Below, in pieces: positions 24,379 to 32,671 of a DNA stretch of 46,564 nucleotides. A program made the translations under genes and the position numbers. Every line of letters starts with the position of its first letter. Within the stretch, counting starts at the first letter, position 1. Under the pieces are notes generated by a model. That model was not told the origin of the DNA, ran no database searches, and saw only the letters and a list, made by a program, of their open reading frames with translations. Source of the DNA: a virus (taxonomy: Duplodnaviria; Caudoviricetes). The stretch is taken from positions 1 to 46,564 of the IMG/VR virus record IMGVR_UViG_3300037873_000025; one strand, written 5' to 3'.

Positions 24379-24828
24379 TCAGCTCAGCGGCTTGACGCTG
24401 AGCAGCCGGTCGAAGATGTCCCCGTTCCCGGCGCTCAACATCTTGAACTCAATCTGCGCGTTGTACTGGCTGCCGGCCGTCAGATTCTCCACCACAAGCG
24501 ACATGTCCTTGCCGTCACGGTGGACGTCGAAGACCAGGGAGCGCACGTCGTTGGCGACCACCACCGACGTGCCGGCGCCGATGGTCGCGCCGGTTCGGAC
24601 GCCTACCGAGACGGCCATGGACACACCGGCCGAGTTCGACTCACCCCGGGCGTACCAGGTCACCTCCACGCGACCGGTAGTGGGCGCGATGAACGCCACC
24701 CCGACCGGGGTGCCTCCCGGCTCGAAGACCGTGTTGCTGAATGCGCCCTCATCGGTGGCATCAGAGACGCTCACGCTGGGTGGGGTGTCCAGCGCCCGGA
24801 TCGTGCTACCGGCGGTCAGGTCAGGCAT
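24379..24828 (-). CDS. Minor tail/fibre protein (149 aa)
   Basis: GGAGAGG RBS; LTAGSTIRA N-terminus; beta-rich; last gene of the tail module. Confidence 0.7.
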   Translation of the reverse strand: MPDLTAGSTIRALDTPPSVSVSDATDEGAFSNTVFEPGGTPVGVAFIAPTTGRVEVTWYARGESNSAGVSMAVSVGVRTGATIGAGTSVVVANDVRSLVFDVHRDGKDMSLVVENLTAGSQYNAQIEFKMLSAGNGDIFDRLLSVKPLS

Positions 24829-24837
24829 GGCCTCTCC

Positions 24838-27030
24838 CTACAGGGCACGTATCGCGGGCTGCCACAGCGACACCGGCTCCCCGGCCGGGACGGTCTTCTC
24901 CACCCCGTTGACGACCGTGGCCGAGACGGTAAAGGTCTGCGGGCTGCCGCTGCCGGAGATGCCGGTCACCCGTACCCGCGCGCCGGCCACCCGCACGTCC
25001 AGCGGAAAGTCCATGTTGTCATCACCGGTCACACCCCACAGCGGACCGAGGGTGGTCGCCACGCTCATGGTCGTGTCGGTGCCGGCCTCGAACTCGGCCG
25101 CCAGCTCAGCGCCGGCGGTGTCCCGGCGCATGGGTGCGTCCGGGTCCGGAGTCTCATCGTCGTCAGCGTAGATGCCGACCCGGAAGGGTGCCCCGGGTGC
25201 ACACTTGAACGTGATCACCCGGCGGCGGATGCCGATCCGGTCGACATAGCCCTCCACGATCAACTCGGCCAGGTCCGGGTGTAGCTCCGGGTCGAGGTTG
25301 GCGATGGTGACCAGGTCGCCCACGTCGACCGCCGTCACATCGGCGGCCAGCGCCGGGTTGCCGGTGTAGCTCGGGTGGTCGAGGTCGATGGTCACCTGGG
25401 GCCAGCGGATCGAGCCGTCGGTGCCCTCGTGCAGCAGCCACCCGGCCTGGTCGCCCAACATCCCGTCGCCCAGCACGTTCACCGTGGGCTCGGTGGCGAT
25501 CCGGCCGATCGCGTCCACTCCGAGCGGACCGTCCTGGTCGACCATCCGGACCGACCCGCCGTCACGACGCTTGACGGTCACGTCGTTGCGGGCCGCCAGG
25601 TCGTCTATGACCGGCTCGAACGGCGGGGCGATCTGTTTAGCCGCGAAGTCAAGCTCCAGCGCCGGGGTCTGGTTGTAGCGGCTGCGTCCGGTGCGGTAGT
25701 GGAGCCCTACCGAGTCGCGCGCGTCGTGGAGGTAGCCGTGGTCCGCCTCGGCCGCCTCGCGCAGGATCGCCAACAGCCCGTCCGGGTACTGAGGGCCAAG
25801 CAGGATGGTGTCCGACATGGTGCCGGTGCCGGTAAACCCGATGGCCTCCTCATCACACAGCCGCTCGGTCCGCTCCCCGGCCGACTCGCCGGCGTGCCCC
25901 CGGTAGGCGGCAAACGTATCGGCCACGGGCGGAACCGAGTTAACCCATGCGATCATCGAGCTGATCAACACGCCAGGTGGCGGCTGTATCATCGCCTGTC
26001 CTCCCGGACCGAAGAACCGGAACCCCCGCAGTGGCGGCACCGCGAACGACGCGCTGGTGTCGGTAGCCACTGACACGCCGTCCACATAGATGGTCCATCT
26101 GAGTAGACCCCCGCTAGAATCCACATGCAGCCGGTAGTGGTGGGCCTGGTCGTCCTGGGTCAACACCGGGAGTGCGAAGGTGCCGAAGTCTTCAAGGACC
26201 CCGGTCTGGCCCCACAGCCGAACTTGGACGTCTTCGGGGTCAAAGACAATGGAAGTGTCTATACGGACGAAAAAGTCCGGGTCTAAGTCAAGGTCCCCTG
26301 CGTACAGCGAGAACGGTCCCGATCGAGGGTTGCCACGGAACGCGTAGTCGATCGCCCACTCGGTTGCGCTACCGCCGCCGCTCACCTTCGTTATCAAAGT
26401 TGGGCGGGTCAGTGTTGTCAGCGAGCCGTCCGTGTGCTCGGCCTGCCGTAGCTCTACCGCGTTCGGCAACCACGGCACTACCTGCCCGGTGGACCAGGTG
26501 GGCGGGAACGGCACGGTGTTGTCGTCAATCACAAGGGTGCCGGGAACACCGACGATCAGGTGAGCGCCAATGAGGGCGCGACCTTTGGTCGAATTGGTCG
26601 GGTCGTCCAGCGGCCAGTGCGCCACCGCCCCGTTCAGCCGGGCGAACCGGGCCACCGCGTCCTCTGACGCGTCGGTGCCGATGTTCGCGCGGCGGGTCCG
26701 GCCGGCAGCGACTACCTCGACCCGGGCGGGGTGGCCGGGCCTGGCCTTGCGAGGTTTCCAGGATGCGGCCTCAAGCACCCGGACATCCGCATCGGCCGTG
26801 ATCCGCACCGGGATGTTGCGCAGCCCGAACAGGACGCTGTTCGGGTTGCTGGGCAGCAGCCCGTACCCCTTAAGCGTGAAGGCGGCCGAGAACGGCGGGA
26901 ACACCCTCTCGTTAGGCGACTTGCCGCCGGTAATGGCCACGCTGGTCTCACCAGCGGCCAGCACCGACCCGGTGTGGTCGTGCCAGTCGTCGGCGTAGAA
27001 CAGCTCCAGCTTGAACCCGTGGTCAGCCAC
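24838..27030 (-). CDS. Large minor tail (baseplate/hub) protein with LamG-like insert
   Basis: Follows the tape measure; AHWPLDDP and beta-sandwich region (HHYRLHV...IYVDGV); C-terminal RNDVTV hub-like region. Confidence 0.78.
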   Translation of the reverse strand: MADHGFKLELFYADDWHDHTGSVLAAGETSVAITGGKSPNERVFPPFSAAFTLKGYGLLPSNPNSVLFGLRNIPVRITADADVRVLEAASWKPRKARPGHPARVEVVAAGRTRRANIGTDASEDAVARFARLNGAVAHWPLDDPTNSTKGRALIGAHLIVGVPGTLVIDDNTVPFPPTWSTGQVVPWLPNAVELRQAEHTDGSLTTLTRPTLITKVSGGGSATEWAIDYAFRGNPRSGPFSLYAGDLDLDPDFFVRIDTSIVFDPEDVQVRLWGQTGVLEDFGTFALPVLTQDDQAHHYRLHVDSSGGLLRWTIYVDGVSVATDTSASFAVPPLRGFRFFGPGGQAMIQPPPGVLISSMIAWVNSVPPVADTFAAYRGHAGESAGERTERLCDEEAIGFTGTGTMSDTILLGPQYPDGLLAILREAAEADHGYLHDARDSVGLHYRTGRSRYNQTPALELDFAAKQIAPPFEPVIDDLAARNDVTVKRRDGGSVRMVDQDGPLGVDAIGRIATEPTVNVLGDGMLGDQAGWLLHEGTDGSIRWPQVTIDLDHPSYTGNPALAADVTAVDVGDLVTIANLDPELHPDLAELIVEGYVDRIGIRRRVITFKCAPGAPFRVGIYADDDETPDPDAPMRRDTAGAELAAEFEAGTDTTMSVATTLGPLWGVTGDDNMDFPLDVRVAGARVRVTGISGSGSPQTFTVSATVVNGVEKTVPAGEPVSLWQPAIRAL

Positions 27031-28912
27031 GGGCACCACCCAGCACCGCCTGAACGTCGCCACCGCGCACGCTCACATAGTCGCCGATCAGGTCGGCCAG
27101 GTCGCCCCTGAACTCCACGATGATGTGACCGGCGCGTGCCGGCGCCGTCCCGCCGCCAGGGGTGAGGTTCTCCAGCAGCCCCCGGTTCGCCTGCGCCGTC
27201 GGCCGGTCCACTACCCACTCGCCAGCGGTCAGCATCGCCGGTACCCGGTCGATGCCGGTGAACGGGCCGGGCACCTCGCCGCCGTGCTGGCCGAAGAACA
27301 CGCTGCGGCTGCCGCCGCCGACCGCCGTGGGTGGCGACCCGCTGGTCGTGTACCGGGTGTGCACGTTGATATTGACCCGGGAGTGGATGCGGTCAAGCTG
27401 GTCGTTCACGGTCTGCCGGAACCGCTTGAAGCTGTCCTGGAGCCCGCGGAGCTGGCCGCCCAACCCGGGCACCCAACCGAACGCCAGGGTGGCCGCGCCC
27501 AGAGTGATCTCAGCCCAGGTGAGCGCCGCATTGATCAACACCCGGAAGACATCAACCTGCAGGTCTTTCCAGACCGCGCCCGCCTCACCCATGATCCGCA
27601 TGTTGTTGATCCAGAACCCCGCCAGGTTCCCCAGCGCCTCGATCGCGGAGAAGACCATCTGCCGGTTCTCCGCACCGGTCTCCCCGCTGGACTCACGCCA
27701 CCGGGCCAGCGCCGGAGCGATGTCCTCGTCCACCGCGGTCTTAGCGGCGTCGGCCATCTCGCCGAACTGCTTGCCGGCGGTGGTCGACTCGTCGCCCATC
27801 TGCTCGAACCAGCCCAGCACCTCCTCGATCGCCGGTGCCAACTTCTCCCCGAGGTCGAGCTTCAGATCGTCAATGCGGACCTGGAGTTTGTCCCACTTGC
27901 GGCCGATCCCCTCATCCATCCGGCCGAACGCCTCATCGGTCGCGCCGGCGGAATCCTGCATATCCTCCAGCGCAGAGTTGAACGCGGCCGCCCCGGACTC
28001 GGAGGTCAACGCCAGCGCCGCGTTGCCGGCCTCCACGCTGCCGAACAGGTCGGACAGGTTGGCGTTGCCGTCCTTGGCATGCTCGGCCATCAGCGCGAGC
28101 GCCTCCTGGACCGAGCCACCGTCCCGGACGAAGTTGGCGAAGCTCTTACCCGACAGGTCCTCGAAGGTGTCGGCGGCCTTGCCGCCCTCCTTGCTCAACT
28201 CGACCAGCAGCTGCCGGAGCTGGGTGGTGGCCACAGCGGTAGGGACACCCTGAACGGTCATGGCAGCCAGCGCGGCGGTCACCGTCTCGAACTCGACCCC
28301 CAGCGCCGCCGCGGTCGGCACCACCTGGAACAGCGAGGTGGCCAGCTCACCGACCGTGGTCTTGCCCAGCTTGACCGCCGTGAAGAACAGGTCCGAAGCC
28401 TTCTCCGCGGACAGGTTCTCCTTCCCGTACGCGTTGGTCACGCTGGTGAGGCCGTCGACCGCGGTCTCCAGCGTGGTCACCCCGCCGATGCTCAGCTTGG
28501 CCGCACCGGTCAAGAAGTCGAACACGTTCTCCCGGGGAACCCCGGCGGAGATGGCCTGGTACAGCGCCGGCACCGCCTCGGTGGTGGCAACACCCATCTC
28601 CCTGGCGAACGTCCGGACGTCGTCCTGCATGGAAGCAAACCCTGCCGCCGACAGGTCGGGCAGCAGGGTCCACACCTCACGCATGCTGGTATCGAAGGCG
28701 GCGAACTGCTGGATGCTGTCCGTCACGAACTGCTTGACCGCGCGGGCGGCGTTACCGAGCTGGTTGAGCGCGAAGTTGGTCACCGCCGCGCTCATCCCGG
28801 CGAACGCCCCGACCGTGCCGGCCTTCAGGTTCGAGAAGCCCTTGCCGATCCGCTTGGTCGTATCCGAGGCCCGGTCGCGGGCGATGATGTCGAACGTGAG
28901 CGGCTGGGTCAT
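27023..28912 (-). CDS. Tape measure protein (629 aa)
   Basis: LTFDIIARDRAS N-terminus; ALYQAISAG, LTSVTNAYG and AVKLGKTT (TP901-type core); Ala-rich helical. Confidence 0.92.
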   Translation of the reverse strand: MTQPLTFDIIARDRASDTTKRIGKGFSNLKAGTVGAFAGMSAAVTNFALNQLGNAARAVKQFVTDSIQQFAAFDTSMREVWTLLPDLSAAGFASMQDDVRTFAREMGVATTEAVPALYQAISAGVPRENVFDFLTGAAKLSIGGVTTLETAVDGLTSVTNAYGKENLSAEKASDLFFTAVKLGKTTVGELATSLFQVVPTAAALGVEFETVTAALAAMTVQGVPTAVATTQLRQLLVELSKEGGKAADTFEDLSGKSFANFVRDGGSVQEALALMAEHAKDGNANLSDLFGSVEAGNAALALTSESGAAAFNSALEDMQDSAGATDEAFGRMDEGIGRKWDKLQVRIDDLKLDLGEKLAPAIEEVLGWFEQMGDESTTAGKQFGEMADAAKTAVDEDIAPALARWRESSGETGAENRQMVFSAIEALGNLAGFWINNMRIMGEAGAVWKDLQVDVFRVLINAALTWAEITLGAATLAFGWVPGLGGQLRGLQDSFKRFRQTVNDQLDRIHSRVNINVHTRYTTSGSPPTAVGGGSRSVFFGQHGGEVPGPFTGIDRVPAMLTAGEWVVDRPTAQANRGLLENLTPGGGTAPARAGHIIVEFRGDLADLIGDYVSVRGGDVQAVLGGARG

Positions 28913-29474
28913 CGCGTCACCGCCCCCTTGTCTGCTCGGGCCTCATTCCACTCGACAACCCACTCCGCCCGGCGGCGGAACTCGCCCAGCGTCAGCCGGC
29001 GCACATCCCACGGCGCCAGCCGCAGCAGCAGCTGCATCGGCAGGTCGTAGCTGTCGATCAACTCGCGGACCGACGGCGGGGGGCCGCCGCGGAGGAGCTC
29101 CCGGAGCGCTGGCGGGACGCCGCCCTCTTCGCCGCCCGGTTCGGCACCGGGCTCGCCCCGTTTCCCTCGGCGTCCGGCACGAAGCTGAACTGCGCGGACA
29201 ACACGTTCGGGGTGAACTCGGCGAAGTCGGCCGCCGGCTCACCGGCCACCCGGACCGCGAGCCACATGAACGCGCGGATCGCCCTGATCTCCATACCACC
29301 CAGCCGGTCCAACCAATCGCCCAGTACCCGCATCCCGGTGGCGTCCTCGAACTCCTCCAGCAACGCCATCGGCACCCGCGCCAACCCGTCGGGGGAGCAG
29401 TCCAGTTCGTAGGTGCCGGCGCCGTACCGCTCCCGATCCGGCTCGGCGAACTGGAACTGGAACCGATACCTCAC
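28909..29474 (-). CDS. Tail assembly chaperone G-T, -1 frameshift product (about 188 aa)
   Basis: G GGA AAC at 29166-29160. The -1 frame is open to a TGA overlapping the TMP ATG and encodes ...ELIDSYDLPMQLLLRLAPWDVRRLTLGEF... Confidence 0.82.
29058..29474 (-). CDS. Tail assembly chaperone (G)
   Basis: Upstream of the TMP; contains the slippery heptamer GGGAAAC. Confidence 0.8.
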   Translation of the reverse strand: MRYRFQFQFAEPDRERYGAGTYELDCSPDGLARVPMALLEEFEDATGMRVLGDWLDRLGGMEIRAIRAFMWLAVRVAGEPAADFAEFTPNVLSAQFSFVPDAEGNGASPVPNRAAKRAASRQRSGSSSAAAPRRRSAS

Positions 29475-29938
29475 CGGATCCCCGCACGGATCGCGGCGTG
29501 CACGTCCTGGATCGCGTCCAGCATCTCCTCGCGCACCTCGTCCGCCTGCCCGCGCATCGGCTCGGTGAAGAACCCCGGTCGGATGTCCTGGGTGAACCAG
29601 TTCTCCCGGTCACCGAACAGCGGGTGTGACAGCTTCCCGGCCTCCAGCGCCTTGGTGTTGCGCTTCACCCCGCCCTTGGTGCGGGAGATGATGCGGATGC
29701 CCGGGTCCCGGCCACCGGTCTTGACTTGCGTCCTCGGCGAGTGGGACCGCTGCAGGGCGGCCGTGTAGCCGCCGCGGCCGGGCATGTAGTCCGGGATGGA
29801 CTCCTGGACCGCCTGCTTCAGCGGCTTGGCCGCCCGGTTCAGCCCGCGGAACAGCTCACGCCGGTAATGTTTCTCGGCGCCACGTAGCGCCCGGCCGGCC
29901 TGCTCCAGCACCTCCACGTTGCGCAGCTCAATGGTCAC
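29471..29938 (-). CDS. HK97 gp10-like tail completion/neck protein
   Basis: Basic 155-aa protein with LEAGKLSHPLFG...RPGFF; TAGTG coupling. Confidence 0.65.
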   Translation of the reverse strand: MTIELRNVEVLEQAGRALRGAEKHYRRELFRGLNRAAKPLKQAVQESIPDYMPGRGGYTAALQRSHSPRTQVKTGGRDPGIRIISRTKGGVKRNTKALEAGKLSHPLFGDRENWFTQDIRPGFFTEPMRGQADEVREEMLDAIQDVHAAIRAGIR

Positions 29939-30336
29939 TAGCCCACCTTGCGGATCGCGCTGGCCGCGTTCCAGCTGGCGCTGACCGCGACAGCTCCGCT
30001 GACCGACCCGTTGACCGAGAAGTCGGGCAGGATGGTGCCCCACCAGTACTGGCCGTTGCTGCTGGTGCTGGGGTACAGGTAGAACTTCCGCGCGATGCCG
30101 TCGGTGGCCGCGGTGTAGGTCTGCACGGTGGCATCGTCGTAGAAACCCGCGAAGTCGCCAGAGGCGTCCGGCAGACCCGCCGCGTAGACCTTGTTCTCGT
30201 CCTCGAAACTGGTAACTTCCGGCTTCTCTGTGACGAAGCTGATCGACCAGCTGTTCAGGAACGCCACCGGCTCAGCGGCGCCGCCGGATGCCAATGCCAG
30301 GTACACGCGTCCCCGGCGGCCATGGATACGTGCCAC
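29938..30336 (-). CDS. Major tail (tube) protein
   Basis: NSWSIS...EVTSFED...YAAGLPDASG pattern; size and position fit. Confidence 0.82.
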   Translation of the reverse strand: MARIHGRRGRVYLALASGGAAEPVAFLNSWSISFVTEKPEVTSFEDENKVYAAGLPDASGDFAGFYDDATVQTYTAATDGIARKFYLYPSTSSNGQYWWGTILPDFSVNGSVSGAVAVSASWNAASAIRKVG

Positions 30337-31364
30337 TATCTCACTCCCTCTAACAGGTGCAGCATGCGCGCTGCGTGGTTCGCGAACGTGCGGTCGGCGA
30401 CCGCCTGCCGGGCCTTGGCTGCCGCCTCCACCCGAAGGTCCTCATGGGCCAGCCACCACCGGGCCAGATACCCCGCCTCGGCCGGCAGGCTGAACGTGGG
30501 CAACATCGGCAGCAGCTCGTCACCCTCGCCGCGCGGCTCCCGCAGGAACGGCAGACCCACCGCGGCCATCTCCACTTCCCGCGGACTGCACGCCCAGCCG
30601 TCCGCCGAGTCGCCGTCCTCGGCCTCCCGCCGGTACAGGTTCATGCCCACCTTGGCCGAGCGGTAGACGCGGACCGTATCGGTGTTGTCCAGGCACTCGG
30701 CCACGTCGTGGGCTACGTACTTGCGCAGCGGCGAGTCCTCGGCCAGCCGCTGCCAGTTGCCGGCCAGCAGCAGATCCAGCCCGGTGCGGTCCATCGCCTC
30801 GAAGAACTCGATCCGGGACTCGAAGCCGGTGCCGACGAACGCAAGGTCCGCGGCCAGGTGCGGCTCGACCGGGCCGGGGCAGTGCACGGCCGGCCGGTAG
30901 GCGTGCGGGATGTACTCGGTCGGGGCCAACTCCCGGTACCGGTCGATGCTCACCGGGTCGTTGACCAGGTTCAGGTCGGCGTGCGCGGCGACGGCCAGCT
31001 GTCGGGTGTCCTCGTAGGGCGCCTCGGTGTGCAGCACCACCACGCGGGTGCCATAGCGGCGGGCCAGGTCCAGCAGCTCGACCGGCACCAGGAACGCGGA
31101 GACCACCAGCAGCACATCCGGCCGCACCTTGTAGAGCGTGGCGTACAGGCCGTTCACCGCCAGCTCGACCGCGGTCTCCTGCGGGATCGCCTTGCGGAAC
31201 TGGCCTTCCGAGACATTGAAGAACGCCGAGTCGTAGAAGGTGAGCCGGTCGTGCAGGTTGAACGGGACCACCTGGTGGCCGAGCTGTTCCAGCGCTTCCA
31301 CCCAGCCGGTGTACACATCGTGCACGGAAAATCCCGGACCCGGGTGACAGACCGCGAACCGCAT
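30336..31364 (-). CDS. GT-B glycosyltransferase, CgeB/Glyco_trans_1_2-like
   Basis: HTEAPYE...YIPHAY...DLAFVGT...R...AGNW...YRSAKVGMN...PREVEMAAVG. Confidence 0.82.
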   Translation of the reverse strand: MRFAVCHPGPGFSVHDVYTGWVEALEQLGHQVVPFNLHDRLTFYDSAFFNVSEGQFRKAIPQETAVELAVNGLYATLYKVRPDVLLVVSAFLVPVELLDLARRYGTRVVVLHTEAPYEDTRQLAVAAHADLNLVNDPVSIDRYRELAPTEYIPHAYRPAVHCPGPVEPHLAADLAFVGTGFESRIEFFEAMDRTGLDLLLAGNWQRLAEDSPLRKYVAHDVAECLDNTDTVRVYRSAKVGMNLYRREAEDGDSADGWACSPREVEMAAVGLPFLREPRGEGDELLPMLPTFSLPAEAGYLARWWLAHEDLRVEAAAKARQAVADRTFANHAARMLHLLEGVR

Positions 31365-31765
31365 CAGCCGACCTCGATCACGACGTCCGCCGCCAGGTAC
31401 TTGATCCCGGCCCACTCGACGATCCGGTCCCGGCCGACCGATGCGGCCCGGGCGAAGTCCACCACCCCGCCGAGCGTCGGGTCGCCGTTGATCGCGGCCC
31501 GAATGGAGCTGGCGCCCGAGCCGGCGAGGTAGGCGTCGAGCGTCTCCTGTGCCCGCTGATTGCTCAGCTTAATCAGCACCGTGACGGCGAAGCCATAGTC
31601 GTCCGACTCCGCATCAAACGAGGTGTCGAACTCGGTACTACGGCGCACCACGATGGCAGCTGGCGAGTTGACGGAGTCGGTCCACGATGCCTGCGCGCGC
31701 AGACCGTCGATGGTGTCGAGCCGGGTTTTGATGCCGGTGCGGATCTGTTGCACCGTGGCCATCAC
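31364..31765 (-). CDS. Tail terminator-like protein
   Basis: IRTGIKTRLDTIDGL...PAAIV...SIRAAINGDPTLGG; position fits. Confidence 0.7.
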   Translation of the reverse strand: MMATVQQIRTGIKTRLDTIDGLRAQASWTDSVNSPAAIVVRRSTEFDTSFDAESDDYGFAVTVLIKLSNQRAQETLDAYLAGSGASSIRAAINGDPTLGGVVDFARAASVGRDRIVEWAGIKYLAADVVIEVG

Positions 31766-32670
31766 GCCACCAGCAGCGCGTGCCGGCGGTACGGCTTGAG
31801 CAGGTCCAGCGCGAACGGGTTCCGCTTCAGCATGAACTGGACCATCTCGTCATAGCCCGCCTGCGCCTCGAAGGTGGACTTGGACCGGAACACCTCGGCC
31901 GCCGTGATCAGCCCCGACTGGCGCACCGAGTAGGGGATCTTGGGCCAGCCGAAGATCCCGGCGATCTGCGCCCGGTCGTCCCGCGCCAGCCTGCTGGTCG
32001 GCAGCGGGAAGGTTCGCGTGCCAACCGCCTTGATCTTGGTATACGGCCTGGCCTCCGGTGCGGCGGTCGGGTTGTGGGGTAGCAGTTGGTAATCGGTAGC
32101 TGCCCAGGTGGTATCAAACGTGCCACCGCCACTGGCGTCCGTCTTGAGCGTGGTCACGGATACGATGTCGCTGAACTCCGGAAGCCTGAGGCAGTACGGG
32201 TCATCCGGGACAAAGGTCCAGGTCGTGGCGGTGCGCCGGAACAGCCGCTGGCAGTAGTGCTCGGCCATCCGGCTCGCGGCGAAGCACGCGAAGTGCAACT
32301 CGAAGTCATCGCGCGTGTCGGTGGCTTCGATGCCCACCCGCGACTTGACCGCGTGCAGGTTGACGTGCAGCCCCCCGAGCGCCGTCTCTTGCACGGTCCA
32401 GGTGACGACCTCGGTGTCCACCACCGTGCCGGTACCGATCCACTTGGCCATCCAGTCGCCGGACTTATCGCAGGTGATGTCCTTGGTGTACACACCGGTA
32501 CTGGTCTTGGTGATCTCCAGGGCGGCGAAGGTGTACGTGGTCGCGGCGCCCTCAGGGTCGGTGACGATCAGGCTGATTGTGGTCGGGTCCGTGGGGACGT
32601 CGTCCACGCTGAACGTGTTGGTGAGCGTCGCCAGTTCGGAAGCCGACTCGAAGAAGACCAGCGCTGCCAC
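31762..32670 (-). CDS. Head-tail adaptor with N-terminal Ig/BppU-like domain
   Basis: VKSRVGI...DDFEL...AASRMAEHYCQR-F...FGWPKIPYSVRQ; extra ~95-aa beta-rich N-terminus. Confidence 0.72.
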   Translation of the reverse strand: MAALVFFESASELATLTNTFSVDDVPTDPTTISLIVTDPEGAATTYTFAALEITKTSTGVYTKDITCDKSGDWMAKWIGTGTVVDTEVVTWTVQETALGGLHVNLHAVKSRVGIEATDTRDDFELHFACFAASRMAEHYCQRLFRRTATTWTFVPDDPYCLRLPEFSDIVSVTTLKTDASGGGTFDTTWAATDYQLLPHNPTAAPEARPYTKIKAVGTRTFPLPTSRLARDDRAQIAGIFGWPKIPYSVRQSGLITAAEVFRSKSTFEAQAGYDEMVQFMLKRNPFALDLLKPYRRHALLVA

Positions 32671-32671
32671 G

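Noticed and set aside
27011-29768. Long plus-strand ORFs opposite the tape measure and other structural genes (also 42009-43964, 32315-33826, 3182-4636)
   Set aside because: Antisense shadow ORFs are expected at this GC content, and the minus-strand frames carry the recognisable motifs and RBSs.
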